From NCBI RefSeq assembly GCF_006345805.1, contig NC_043000.1:121210001-121274000 (forward strand): a DNA stretch of 64,000 nucleotides, given 5' to 3'. Each line of letters starts with the position of its first letter. The first letter of the stretch is position 1. This document shows positions 38,959 to 52,486 of this stretch, piece after piece. The notes under the pieces are model-generated. The model saw only the letters and a program-made list of their open reading frames with translations. It was not told where the DNA came from and did not search any database. The stretch comes from Octopus sinensis (taxonomy: Eukaryota). Position numbers and translations under genes: made by a program.

Positions 38959-39342
38959 GGCGCAGGAGTGGCTGTGAGGTAAGTAGCTTGCTTACCAACC
39001 ACACGGTTCCGGTTTCAGTCCCACTGCGTGCCACCTTGGGCAAGTGTCTTCTTATATTACCTCGGGCCGATCAAAGCCTTCTGAATGAATTTCGTAGACG
39101 GAAACTGAAAGAAGCCCGCCGTATATATGTATATGTGTATATATATATATATGTGTGTGTTTGTGTTTCTGTGTTTTTCACCCCAAAATCGCTTGATAAC
39201 CGATGCTGGTGTGTTTACGTCAAAAGAGACCGATAGAATAAGTACTAGGCGTATAAAGAATAAGTCCTGGGGTCGATTTGCTCGACTAAAGGCAGTGCTC
39301 CAGCATGGCCCCAGTCAAATGACTGAAACATGTAAAAGAGTA
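38959..39342 (+). mobile_element. tRNA-derived SINE family C with CORE-like segment and internal TA/TG microsatellite
   Basis: GGCGCAGGAGTGGCTGTGAGGTAAG head; ACCTTGGGCAAGTGTCTTCT (CORE-like); tail TAAAGGCAGTGCTCCAGCATGGCC...GACTGAAAC. Confidence 0.85.
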
Positions 39343-41723
39343 TACTACTCAGTTAGTCTACTAAGTTTACTCAGGATCAATCGAGAATTTACCGTTGTCC
39401 TTCAGACCCCGAACGCCCTGATTAAACTGGCTCATCACCAATTTTGGTGAGCATATACCATATTGTTCTCCAATGTGCCCTACATTTTACTTGAAAAAAC
39501 ATCAAAGGATTGTGAGAGAATTTGATCACAATGTTTCTTACTTTAAATTACATTCTATTCCAATATCCCTTGTCACGCCATACAGACGTTTATAGTTACA
39601 TACATTTCTTTCATTTCCAGTACAAGCACACGTAAGTGTTGATTAAACAAGATGTACTTTTAGTCTGCTGGAAAGGCGATTGTGAAGTTGAAACTTTCAT
39701 TTATTTCCGACAGATTTAGCGGCGTAAGTAACGCGATATATCTATCAATCATCAATGCACCTTACATTTAATCTCGCTTCTAATAAGATGTACATCTTTG
39801 GTTGGCGTTAGAATTGATTCCCTCACTTGAATCACGTGATACCTTACCTGGAAGAAAAGAAACGTCAGTTAAATCACGCCATACTGAAATAATATTGTTA
39901 GCGATTGAGAAGTGAGTCAAACGTAAGAAAGATTTGGTTGTTTGCAATTATTTTCATTATCCTTTCATATTTTAGAAATGAGCTTGATAGAAAGTTAACT
40001 TTGCAAAAAATGACTGTAACATCTCTTGTGGAAATTGTTAAATTTTTCGGGGAAATAATGGGCGTTCCGGCTTTGTATTTCTCGAAGAAATACGATGACA
40101 AGAATTATATTTTATCCATCCATTTCTTTCCGCTGCATAAAAATAGTAAATGTGTTGTCTTAACCAAAATGAAACCAGAGTGACATTGTAAATGGATGTG
40201 CGGCGTGATCATAAATGTTCGACGTTGGAATAAAATATTTCGCAGGTTTTAGTCAACTTCTGTATGGTTATACAATCAAATAACGTGAGCATTCCTGATT
40301 TAAGGGCCAATAACATATGTGCCAAGCTACTACTAGAGCCTATTGAATATAATCGGTTCTTTCAGCAGTTGGGTTTTGCAATATATTATGCAAATACAGA
40401 CACTATAATATAGCAAAATGCAGATCAATAGAAAAGTGTGCAGGGGCAGTGTTAGAGACAGAATGTGTAAGAGAGAGGGAGGAGGAGACGTATATATAAA
40501 GAAAGGAACATATAGAGAAATCAATGGTATTTTTTTATTGCCCTACGTAGAACAAAGTATACGTTTCCGTGTTTCCTTTTATTTATAGTCACTCCTCTAA
40601 GAACTTCTTTAATTGCCTATGGAAATGATTAACATAATAGTTGCTTTGAGATTTCCCATGGCGTTGATAACTTGTTTGTTCCCAGTGAAATGCAGGGAGT
40701 TTGGATTTGTTTGTGGTTGCATTAATCCTTTATTTCATATGAAACATATAGGCAAATTGTATTTTGAAGTCACTGAAGCCTAGAAATTGTTTGTAGATGA
40801 TAAATTCTTGCCTTGTTATTAGTAATAATTCAACGCAAAAATAATTTGGAAGAGAGAGACATACAGACAGACAGACAGACAGACAGACAGAAAGAGAGAT
40901 AGATAGAAAGAAGAGGAAGAGAAGTCGTAGAGAGAATGATAAGTAAGGACAAACTGAGAAAGAAGTTCAAAGAGATATTCTACAGACTTGAATAATGCAT
41001 AAATTCATTTTAAGCTATTATCATTCAAGGACGGTTGTAGTTGAATAATATCCTTAAGGCCACAATTTTCTCACAAGCAGCACTTTTAAGAGCTTGTTGC
41101 TAATACCGTTCTTAACCAAATTGAAAATTGCTAACAGTTCTGGCGTGGTCTGATCCCAAGCTACATCTCGGCATGATAAAATTAAAATTTGATCCAGTAC
41201 ACAAAAGTTTACATCAAAATTTGTAGCAACGTTATAGGAGAGTAAGTAATGCCTCGAATGAAGATTAGATCTAAATAACTTTTTTTTTATTTTAAAAGCA
41301 AAATATATTAATCTTAGCTTCAGTGATAGAAGAAAGTATGAAGAATTTTATAGATTTGTTCTCATGCAACAAAAGTTTGTATGAAAATGTTGTGAGGTAG
41401 AGCATCATGAAAAAATAAGTAAAGCAAAAAGTTGGATTAAAGTATAGTCAATTTTTTTTTATTTTAAAAACAAACTATATTTTAATTAAGTTAAAATGAT
41501 AGAGCTCAACTCGAGGAATATCATAGTATCAATTTCATGCTATGAAGTTCTACAAGAATAATGTTATGAGTATTTGCTTCTCCAATTTGAGAGTGAAAAT
41601 ATAGTTCTACACATTTTTTTTATGAATGAATAAGGGACTTTTAATATATTTTCAATGACAATGCTAATTGACAAATGTCACACATTATTAATTTGCATAA
41701 TAGCCTGGGAGAAATATGGATTC

Positions 41724-42598
41724 CATGGAAAAAGGCGAGCAAGAGAATTAATGTTCTTAAGATTATAAACCTGGAAAATTACAGGACAAGTTATTACACT
41801 TGGAAAAGTTCGGGATAATTTATTACACGTGGTAAACACACAGCAAGAAAATTTCTACTTAAAATATTGCTACTAAGGCTAAAATATGAATATTAAAAAT
41901 TATTTGATTTCAATTTACAAAGTAACATATGACTGAAAAAGGTCCCATCATTTTGTTAATATATCGACACACTAGAATACTTAAAAAATGAGAGCCAGAA
42001 GTACCGGCATGGCTAAAGTTGTATGCAAAGTACAATAGTATATATGGGAAGCAAATTCCTTATGTAAAAATAGGTATTGTGTCAAAGCTAAAAATGTGAA
42101 GACGTGGCAATAGCTTAGGCAATAACTCAAGCATATTTTACTGTGAATTTGTTGTTATAGGTATATTTTACAGTAATTATAAAACTATTGATTTATTATT
42201 CTAGTTATTGTACTAGCTAATTATGTACTACTATTGTTTTTATAACCTATTTTCAAATTTCTAATTATTAATTGATAATTAAATGAAATGAATTTTTGTA
42301 AAGTGCAAAACATTTTGAGTTTTTTTTTTAAATCTTTAATAGAAGTAACAAGTAATAACAAATAAGAAATAATAACTTTTAATGAAATATTTAGGTTTGA
42401 TAAAAGCTAATATTTTCTAACTCCAAATATTTTATTTGAAATTTTATCCTTAGCTGCAATATGTTAAGTAAACATTTTCTTGTGTAATTTACCAGATGTA
42501 ATAAGTTATCCTGAACTTTCTAAGTGTAATAATTTGTCCTGTAATTATCCAGTTTATAATCTTAAGAATAATATTTCTCTTGCTCGCATTTTTCCATG
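41724..42598. mobile_element. Old element with ~160-bp diverged terminal inverted repeats (41724-41885 / 42441-42598)
   Basis: CATGGAAAAAGGCGAGCAAGAG...TTCTTAAGATTATAAAC...ACAGGACAAGTTATTACACT versus the reverse complement of AGTGTAATAATTTGTCCTGT...GTTTATAATCTTAAGAA...CTCTTGCTCGCATTTTTCCATG; about 75-80% identity by eye. No TSD visible. Confidence 0.7.
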
Positions 42599-43974
42599 CA
42601 ATAAACTAGGGATTACGTTGTTTGACTCACTATTTCCAAACCGAGCGCTGTATTTTATTATTGGCAAAATATCTCATTCGAAGTTGTTTCAATTCACTAA
42701 GCTGAATATAGATACCAGAAAAGGCTAGAAGTTAAGCCAGTGATAGACCGGGGTCCAGCTTCATTCTGGAGGCAGTCTTGTAAACCCGTTTGCCAATACG
42801 TCAAGAGAACCGAGATATGCTCCGGTCTAAATATCCCTGATGTCCGTAGCAACACTAAGACCTGATGAATTTGATTAAGCTATGGGCACCATGCTTAAAC
42901 AATAATTGCTGTCTATTTATGAAACATTCTACGTGGTGGAAATATCAGCCAAAACAGCCTTGGGATCAAATCTAATGTCGTGGTGATTAAAGCAAAATAA
43001 GCTGAAGTGATGATTTAGCCTTACACGCTGTGCCAGTAACATGCATAATTGAAATGTTATATAGGTTAAAATTTCTCAGGTAAATTTCCTTTCATAGTGT
43101 AACCACTCATTCTATGTATAAGGGGTCGCAGTGATAGAAGTGGCTATGGGCCTCTATATACACGAGCAGATATGGAGAAATTTACGAGCTCCCATTCTTA
43201 TAATAGAAAAAATATCCAGGGCAATATAACGGGTGGAAGAGAGGCTGCAACAACATTTTACTAGAAAAAATGTAAATATATATCTGTATAGATTGGAGCA
43301 ACTTGAAATGAATTGCATTATTCAAGGATATAATTTGCTGCCCCATTAAGAATTGAACCAACGATCTGTCAAATATGATCCGAATATCCAACCCAGTACG
43401 ACAACGTATATGCTTATATTCATGCTGCGTATGAGCATTATGTCATTCATGGACAAATAATTTAGGCTATGCATGCTACTTACTAAAAAATATCCATGAA
43501 TATATTTGTATGTCTAATGAATGAAAATTGTACGTATACATATTTTATACACATTATATGCTCGTAGAAACGTGCGAATATATGCATTTATGAATGTATG
43601 TACAACTACATCAATATTCATGACATAGATCTTGTATAGTCAATTATACATAAATTTAAATCTGCGTATAAGCAAACATGTGCCCGACCAGAGACAGATG
43701 CACAATAAACGTATCAAGCATACAAACACAAACAAAACTACGAACAAACACACACACACACACGCACACACGCAGGCATACTCGCACACATATTCACAAA
43801 CAGGTGTGTGTGGACACATACGTTAATACCTATGTGTGCATGTGCGTGCGTGTGTGTACACACACCTCTAATTATGTGCGTCGATGTGTGTGTGTGCGTT
43901 TTTCTGTATGTACATGTACATATTTACGTAAAAGGATATAATACATATATGCATGTTCTTGTATACACAATCAC

Positions 43975-43981
43975 ACACACA

Positions 43982-44020
<39 letters not shown>

Positions 44021-44100
44021 CACTTACATTGTCTTCTTTGTGTTTATATACATATACAATTATATATCCATATATGATGAAAATAATATCAATAAAATTT

Positions 44101-44191
<91 letters not shown>

Positions 44192-44249
44192 TGATGATGA
44201 TGATAATAATAATAAGAATAACAACAATAATAATAATGATAACAACAAC

Positions 44250-44328
<79 letters not shown>
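43975..44328. repeat. (CA)n and (AAT)n arrays
   Basis: Direct reading. Confidence 0.95.
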
Positions 44329-45199
44329 GAGTAAAGGGGAAAGAAACTCCATTTCAGAAACCCCCTTAATTTTATTGCTTCAAAGTAAACGCTTGACTCA
44401 TATTGCAAACATTGCATGTGCGTCTACAATGCAGCGTGCATAGTTGCATATGCTTTATTACCTCTGATGCGATAAACTGCGCAACAACCTCAATTAGAGA
44501 GTATAAAATCTCTTTATACAGGAAATGAAAAAAGTAAATAAATACAAGAAGGAAACGAAAGCAAACAAACAAACAAAAACAAAAAACAAACAGCGATGGA
44601 AAGCAAAGCACTTGCAAGTTTCAGCTTTGACAAAGGTGAATCTCAACAGAAGCAACAGCCGTTACGACTCCGTTAATGGGGTGCCTATGGAAGTTAATTC
44701 CTTTGAAGTATTTTTCATACTATTAGACGTTGCGTTAAAAAGATAGAGTTGAGCTAAGCAGAAAGAGATATACGAAATATTCGCTTTATAGATACTTAAT
44801 GTAAACCGTCAGCAGTGACAGAGTGGAAATATAAAAGCAGAAACGATTTCAAAAAGGCATAACTGTCAGTGTAAACTTTGGCTTTGCATGATAAATATTA
44901 TTGCAGATATTCTAAATACGGGGCGAAGTGTCGAGCAAATAAAATGTACTGGAAATATACCGAGCAATGATGAAAGAACAGGCACATGGAGATCATGGAA
45001 TAATTTACCATTAAATAACTTACTGTTAAGAAAAATAGCATTACGCTTTGTTTGTAATGAACATAAAACCTAACCGAAATGTCACTAGAAGTATTAAGGA
45101 ACCACATTATTGTGGCTGAATCGCGTATAATATCTCACTTCATATTCATTATTATTTTTCTAATTTAAAAGAAAACAAATCATATAAACTCTAGTGATG

Positions 45200-45269
<70 letters not shown>

Positions 45270-45298
45270 CAGACAGACATACATACATGTATAAAACG

Positions 45299-45333
<35 letters not shown>

Positions 45334-45711
45334 CCGGGCATAGAGAATGTACTATGCTGACAAGGCATACGATAATACAGTTATGTAAATAGGAGTCTAC
45401 ATCGGCTTTCTTGTTAAATGTTAATATTGACACACTGGTAACAGGACTTCCTCATCGTCATCAGCATCTTCGTGATGATCATTATCCACTAATGCCTGAA
45501 TAGCTACAGCGGCAGACAGAGGAAAATGCATTGCATTAGTCCTTCCCGCTATTTACTTGCTAAATGCCAAGGGTTGCAGAGTGCTTTTATCCTTTTAGGA
45601 TCGATGTAATCATTCAAAGCCTCCCCATTAATATTACTGCCCCTCTGGCTAAATCAGAGACCATTAACACACTGGTCTAAAACTGCAAGCTTTATACCAA
45701 AGATATTGTTG

Positions 45712-45763
<52 letters not shown>

Positions 45764-45766
45764 TAA

Positions 45767-45811
<45 letters not shown>

Positions 45812-45819
45812 GTCGGTGA

Positions 45820-46012
45820 TCTAGCAGAATTGTTAGCAAGTCGGGCGAAATGTTCAGCAGTATTTCGTCGGTCTTTATGTTCTGAGTTCAAACTCAGACA
45901 AGGTTGACTTTGCACTTCATCCTCTCGAGGTCGATAAATTAAGTACCGGTTGAACACTGGGATCGATGGAATTAATTTAGTCTCCTCCCCCAAGCTGGTC
46001 TTGTGGCGAAAA
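45820..46012 (+). mobile_element. SINE family A (A2 tail), diverged
   Basis: CTAGCAGAATTGTTAGCAAGTCGGGCGAAATG...GAGTTCAAACTCAGACAAGGTTGACTTTGCACTTCATCC. Confidence 0.8.
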
Positions 46013-46043
46013 ATTGTTATTATTATTATTGTTGTTGTTGTTG

Positions 46044-46083
<40 letters not shown>

Positions 46084-46091
46084 TATTATGC

Positions 46092-46318
46092 AGGCGGCGA
46101 GCTGCCAGAATCGTTAACACACCCTGCGAAATGCTTATCGGTATTTCGTCTGCCGCTAAGTTCTGAGTCCAAATTCCGCCAAGGTCGACTTTGCCTTTCG
46201 GGGTCGATTAAATAAGTACCAGTTACACACTGGGGTCGATATAATCGACTTAATCCCTTTGTCTGTCCTTGTTTGTCCTCTCCGTGTTTAGCCCCTTGTG
46301 GGTAGTAAAGAAATAGGC
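46092..46318 (+). mobile_element. SINE family A monomer (A1 tail)
   Basis: GGCGGCGAGCTGCCAGAATCGTTA...CCCCTTGTGGGTAGTAAAGAAATAGG. Confidence 0.9.
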
Positions 46319-46569
46319 ATTTAATCCGTCATCCTCCTCCTCCTTCTCCTCTTCCTCCTCCTCATCATCATCCTCATCATCATCATCATCGTCATTATTA
46401 TTACTATTATAATGTCCCAACGTCGCTCTGCCTATCGCGCTCGATAAAAAAGTGTACTAGTTGGATACTGGATTTGGAATTTAATCGAATTAGCCCCACT
46501 CTCAAGATTTCTGGCGTTGCATCAACGTTTGATTATTATTATTATGATTATTACTATTATTATTAGTAT

Positions 46570-46602
<33 letters not shown>

Positions 46603-46634
46603 GATTACTATTACTACTATTATTATTATTATCC

Positions 46635-46690
<56 letters not shown>

Positions 46691-46899
46691 AGATGCATAG
46701 ATATATTTTGCTATTCAATGCTTCTATGATTTTGTTGAAAATAAACGATTTTGACTGTTTATATGTCCACTACCAGATAGCTTATTGAAAACTCATTCCA
46801 TCCATTAATCAAATGCATAAAACCATATATACCTACCAACCAACCTTTCGTTGTAGACTCTCTCCTTCATCTCCATCATGTTATTAGGTAGAGGGTAGC

Positions 46900-47310
46900 G
46901 ATTTTCTTCACTACTTCAGGGAGTGACGGCCCTACCTGACACGAGTCCCAGGCTCAGCCAGCTCTGTCTTACATTACTCGGCATGGGCCCCTATCCAGGG
47001 TTACAGAAAGGAGACAACCTTCAAAGAAATCCAGAGTGGAGCCCCATAGGTGGTTTAGTGTTTGACTCGACACTCCTCCGGCAGCTCCTGCAAACAAGCT
47101 GGTGCCAAACGTAATGCTCTGCACTCCTTTGGACTACGTCAGCAAGGTCGAGAGAGGAATCCTGACGATTGGGCTACCCGGGATTTTCTTACATATAGCC
47201 AAGGCCTGCGCAAAACTGGAGAGGAAACCGGAGAGCACATGAAATGCGAAAACCAGGTTGGATTAGTTTATGCGCAACTCCATTGCCTCCCGAGACGAAA
47301 GGATATCAAC
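46900..47310 (-). mobile_element. Possible RTE-clade LINE 5' non-coding fragment
   Basis: GC-richer island. The minus strand begins ATATCCTTTCGTCTCGGGAGGCAATGGAGTTGCGC and contains GCAGAGCATTACGTTTGGCACCAGCTTG, which resembles RTE/BovB-type 5' regions from memory only; no ORF support. Confidence 0.35.
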
Positions 47311-47982
47311 AACAATAATCATCATCTTATTGATGTTGTTCTTCTACATCTGCTCCTTTCTCCTACATGATTTTCCTTCTCCAAATGTTCTTCATCATTC
47401 TTCTTCATCGTCATCTTTTCCCTTCATTTTTTATCCTTGACCTTCATACTGCACCCCGCATTTTTCTTTCTTTTTCTTTTGTATTCTTCGCTTTAACACT
47501 CATAAACATATTCATTTTAAAACTACGGTGAACGCGTTGATAGATTAATTGGGATTATTCTTTTGTCACTTATTTTTCCTACAAATATAAATTTTCATCC
47601 TTCCTCTTATCTTTATCATATTAATAAAAATAAATCTCTTTATAACTGTATTTTACTTAATATTGTTAACTATAGTTTTGTAATTAAGCCTATATCTATT
47701 TTCAAACACATTGTAAGTAAATTTCTCTCGTTCTTTAACGTGGTAATTTTTCTTACTGGAGTGGAAATTATTTTGTACCCTTTACCGATTTAATAGCAAT
47801 TAACTTATTACCAATTCCTTCTTCATTAATATTCGTATGTCTAATTTCCTCTATAGTAACCTAAAGAACTAAATTTATCTTTTTGCTTAGCAACTAATTA
47901 TGGATCTCCCAGGACTTCAGTTGGAGACAATCTTCCTCATTGCCACCTCGATATCGTAAGGATTTATTATAATCTATATATT

Positions 47983-48563
47983 CTTTTCTGCTCTAAACAT
48001 AAGGCCTGAAATTTTGGAGGAGGGGGCCAGTCAATTACATCGACCCCAGTGCATAACTGATTCTTAATTTATCTACCCCGATAGGATGAAAGTCCAAGTC
48101 GATCTCGGCGGAAATTGAACTCAGAACGTAAAGACAGACGAAATACCGATTTCTTTACTACCGACAAGGGGCAAAACACAGAGGGGACAAACAAGGACAA
48201 ACAAACGGATTAAGTCGATTATATCGACCTCAGTGTGTAAGTGGTACTTATTTAATCGACCTCGAAATGATGAAAGGCAAAGTTGATCTCGGCGGAATTT
48301 GAACTCAGAACGTAACAGCAGACGAAGTATCTATTTCCTATTTATTAACTACCCACAAGGGGATAAACACAGAGGGGACAAACAGGGAGACAGACACGGA
48401 TTAAGTCGATTACATCGACTCCAGAGCGTAACTGGTACTTATTTACTCGACCCCGAAAGGATGAAAGTCGACCTCGGCTGTATTTGAACTCAGAACGTAA
48501 CGGCAGACGAAATACGGCTACGCATTTCGCCCGGCGTGCTAACGATTCTGCCAGCTCACCGCC
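47983..48563 (-). mobile_element. SINE family A trimer within one TSD
   Basis: Three bodies (GATGAAAG...CTCGGCGGAATTTGAACTCAGAACGTA at ~48085, ~48270, ~48460). Flanks TTATAATCTATATATT (47967-47982) and TCATAGTCTACATATT (48565-48580), 13/16 identical. Confidence 0.85.
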
Positions 48564-49340
48564 TTCATAGTCTACATATTACCGAGGTAGAGTAAGAGGA
48601 AGAGTAGGAGCACGAGAGAGAGGGGCAGAGAGAGAGAGAGAGAGGCAGAGAGAGAAAGAGAGAGATGTGATAGAAATGATAGATTACGATGTTATAAAAT
48701 CGAACATGTAACATGCACTCACATGCATGTTTGTGTACCACTGTGTGTGTATATAGCGATACATGTTCGCAGAACTCTACATGTAAACGCACGCATAAAC
48801 GTGACCGAGCACGCGTATATCTGTCTGCATTTTAACGATCAAAAACAAGATTACAAACATCCCTGACAAACGGTTTAACATCACAGATGGAAATTAGAAC
48901 GAAAACAGAAAATACTAAAGGAGTAAAATCAAATATTCATAGTGATACCTAAATGAAACTTACACGCATACACACAATCATACACACAATCACACACACA
49001 ATCATGCAAACATAGAAACGTACGTAACATGAAAACGGAAAAGCGCGCGTGTTCGTATTTCGCTCAAAAGGGATATAGCTTTTGTAGGCGTGATGTATAG
49101 GAAAGCGAAATATTAGTATTTTCATGTAAGTGACAAATGTTACACGTATTAATATTTTGAGGGTGGTAGTGAGCGGGTATGATATACCTGAGTAGCATTT
49201 AGATATATGCATTAGTCAATTACTATGCGTTGACGCACGGAAATTTATACGTGGATATGCATTCGTGTTTGTTTGTATATGGTATACGAATATGTGTCAT
49301 ATATTTATGTGTGTGTATATATATATATATATACATATCT

Positions 49341-49527
49341 TATATTCTTCTATTTGTTTCAGTCATTTGACTACGGCCATGCTGGAGCACCGCCTTTAGT
49401 CGAGCCAAATCCACCCCAGGACTTATTCTATGGGCATTTTGCGCCGAACCGCTAAGATACGAGGACGTAAACATACCAGCAACGATTGTTGGGAAAGAAA
49501 AAAACAGACACACAAACATATACATAC

Positions 49528-49602
<75 letters not shown>

Positions 49603-49716
49603 TGTGTGTGTATGACGGGCTTCTTTCAGTTTCTGTCTCCCAAGTCCACTCACAAAACTTTGGTCGGCCCGAGGCTATAATAGAAGACACTTGCCCAAGA
49701 TGCCACGCAGTAGAAT
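49341..49716 (-). mobile_element. SINE family C, 5'-truncated, with internal microsatellite
   Basis: Reverse-complement match to 38959-39342 (AGAAGACACTTGCCCAAG; GGCCATGCTGGAGCACCGCCTTTA). Confidence 0.85.
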
Positions 49717-50505
49717 CCTTTTTAAATAGAGCGGAATCTTACTCGTATTCTCATTCTACTCTGTTTAAAATTATAAACACGCTTTAGCTATTCTTAAGTA
49801 AGTTTTATATGTGTGGCCCCACCACCACCACCACCTATACCCTCTGTAGAAGCCTATTTTTCAACCATTGTCTGCCCATTCCTGCATAACAGTGAAAAGA
49901 GTCCCTCTTGGCAGAAACGGACGTAAGGAACTAGCACCTTCACACCCATATAGTGCATTGCCAATTTGATATTTTGCTCAATTGTTTATTTGTTTCTATA
50001 TGCTTATTGGTTTCACATCCTTCACTCATACATGTGTGTATATTCATCCAATACGTTTAAATAAATATACATACTGGAATGTTTACAGGCTGATGTCTGT
50101 TGACTTTATATCCGGTGCCTTTTCCTATTTGCCGTATATTTGTGACAGCGTTGGCCCCGCTAAAGTTACGCAACATTAGTCAGTGTTATTCAAGCGAATG
50201 TTTATTTAGTGTCTGCTCATATCAGAAATTGATTGTTAGTTTTTAAGATTTAGGCAATATGCATACCTTGGCTTTAGGACACAACTTTAAATAGTTTAAA
50301 TACAAATAACATTAGAGTGAGGAAACGCTAAATATTTTGTGTATATAAGTCTTATATTTGGTGGTGAGGTATGCAGGAAATATTACTAAAAGTGGGCGGC
50401 TTGTTGTACCGGAAGTATTTTTGAATGTTTCACACATAGCAGCGACGTGTACACGCTGAAAAGTCTTGCGTTTTACTTACAGGATAGAATCGTAAGCAAA
50501 GGAAG

Positions 50506-51031
50506 TACTGGTGTGTCCGAAAAGTTCGTGCCGATTTTTGAAGTCAAGAAAATGGTCAATAAATACTTGCCATTACATTTTCCATCAACCAAATATGAAC
50601 CATTGTGTTGCACAATGCGTCTCAATATTTCCTTTAATTTGAAAATACCCTCTTCCCAGAATTGAGGTGGTTTCATGGCAAAGAATTCATCAAGATATCT
50701 TTTTACGTCATCCAAGGAATTGAAATTTTTACCATTAAGACTATTCTGCAGAGACCTGAATAAGAGGAAATCCAAAAATGCAATATCTGGTGAATATGGA
50801 GGGTGGGGTAACATTAAGTGCCGAAAATGAACTTTCTTGTCTACCATTTTAAAGGATTACAGAATTAACACATGTTATAGGAATATAAACCTTCTTCCAC
50901 GAAAAGATAGCTTTAACTGTGCTCTAAATGTAGGTGTAGTCAAATCCTATTTTATGGACTCAACCATTTTCTAAAATAAGTCGAAAGATAAGCTACTATA
51001 AATCGGCACGAACGTTCCGAACAACGCAATA
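50506..51031 (-). mobile_element. Internally deleted mariner element (~525 bp) with both TIRs and TA ends
   Basis: Ends TA-CTGGTGTGTCCGAAAAGTTCGTGCCGATTT and AAATCGGCACGAACGTTCCGAACAACGCAA-TA. ORF 50847-50473 reads MVDKKVHFRHLML fused to PHPPYSPDIAFLDFLLFRSLQNSLNGKNF (YSPDLAPSD-type motif). Confidence 0.9.
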
Positions 51032-52486
51032 ATAAATGCAATTCTTTTGTCGGAAATAATATTTGTTACAGTGAAATTTTGTTTCAAATGTAAGAGGAAA
51101 GAAATGATGTCTAGATCAAAGGTAGTAATTTTGGCAAATTATCAGAAAGCCCAGTATGAATTTAGAACGTACATAACTTAGAGAGCATATTGGTGCATGT
51201 GCACCTAATATACGATACAAATAATCATTACTGAAGCGCAGTCACATGAATGCACGCGAACAGCCACACATACAAAGTCACACACACACAGATTCCATTC
51301 ACACATATGAATATCTATGTGTATAGTATGGTTGTGTGGTAATTAATATATCTGAATGTACATTTTCAAAATATTCTATATTTCGAATAGCCAAACTTTG
51401 GGCGAAAATATGACTACAAAATTCTAATCTTTACATCTAAGTTTATTAAAAAATATCTAAAACATGATAGATTTGGTTTTTTTGATCAAAATATTATTCG
51501 TATCGCGCAGAAGAAATGATATCATCATGTTGCATTAGTTTGTGGTCTCCTAGTGCTTAGATCTTCTTTGAAGATATCCGATAGGAAAAATAAATAATAG
51601 AGAAAAGTTTCGTTGAAAACCGACTTCTGAATAAGTAAAGAATGTTATTACGTTCGATGAAATTTGCTTCTTTCCTAACTAAATTATTATCAATAATGTG
51701 TTATGTCCAAGCCGTTCCTTGAATCTTTGTACTTCAAATTGGATATATGAATGAACTAATGTATTCTTATCAGCTTTTAATGTTAGATGGTTAGATAAAA
51801 ATAAAACTCGGCAATATCCTTAGTATATTAAAGTTATATACTGTTGTAGGATAGGCTTGCCATTAAAGTATCCTGTACCCAGACGGCTTTCTTTATTCCA
51901 CTTGGATTTATTCAGAACATACAATATACTTTATTCATCGCAGTATGATATAGCAATGGCCAAATAATTATTTTAATATGGTATGGCATTGATGCAATCA
52001 ATATAGTATTAGATAAAGAGACGATGTTAAGAGTTGAAAGTCAAGAACGTTATTATCCCCATGAGATGACAATGTCTCTTTAAGTAAGGCTAATGTAAAA
52101 TAAAAGCACGTATTGTTCGTATTGTGTGGCTTCCTTACAGAAGCTATAGTATCTTTATAAGCCCTACTGTTTGGAAAGGTCAAGTGACTCGTAGGATCGG
52201 ATGGAGACATGGACAATGTGCTTTGCAGTATTTCATTATGTGTTTCTGTGTTCATGGTATTGCACCGGGGACAAATTGATAATTCTATCATTGGTGATGA
52301 AATACTGAGTCTAATACTGAGCCCAGCCTAATGTTCTCTTACTTTTGTTAAGATACGTGGCCTCATGCTTATACGTGGGACCATAATATGATGAACAGTT
52401 TGCTAGGTGGTTTGCAATACGGGCTTAGATACCTCATGAAATTTCAGCTTTTCGGCCTATGGTGGGAAGGATTATTACTACTATTA

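Noticed and set aside
47983-48563. Regularly repeated ~180-bp units resembling a CRISPR or satellite array
   Set aside because: The units are SINE bodies with no unique spacers; the context is eukaryotic and has no cas genes.
51998-52291. CPRC...ETH motif resembling an L1/Tx1 C-terminal zinc knuckle
   Set aside because: The His/Cys spacing is incomplete, and it lies on the opposite strand to the neighbouring retroelement tail.
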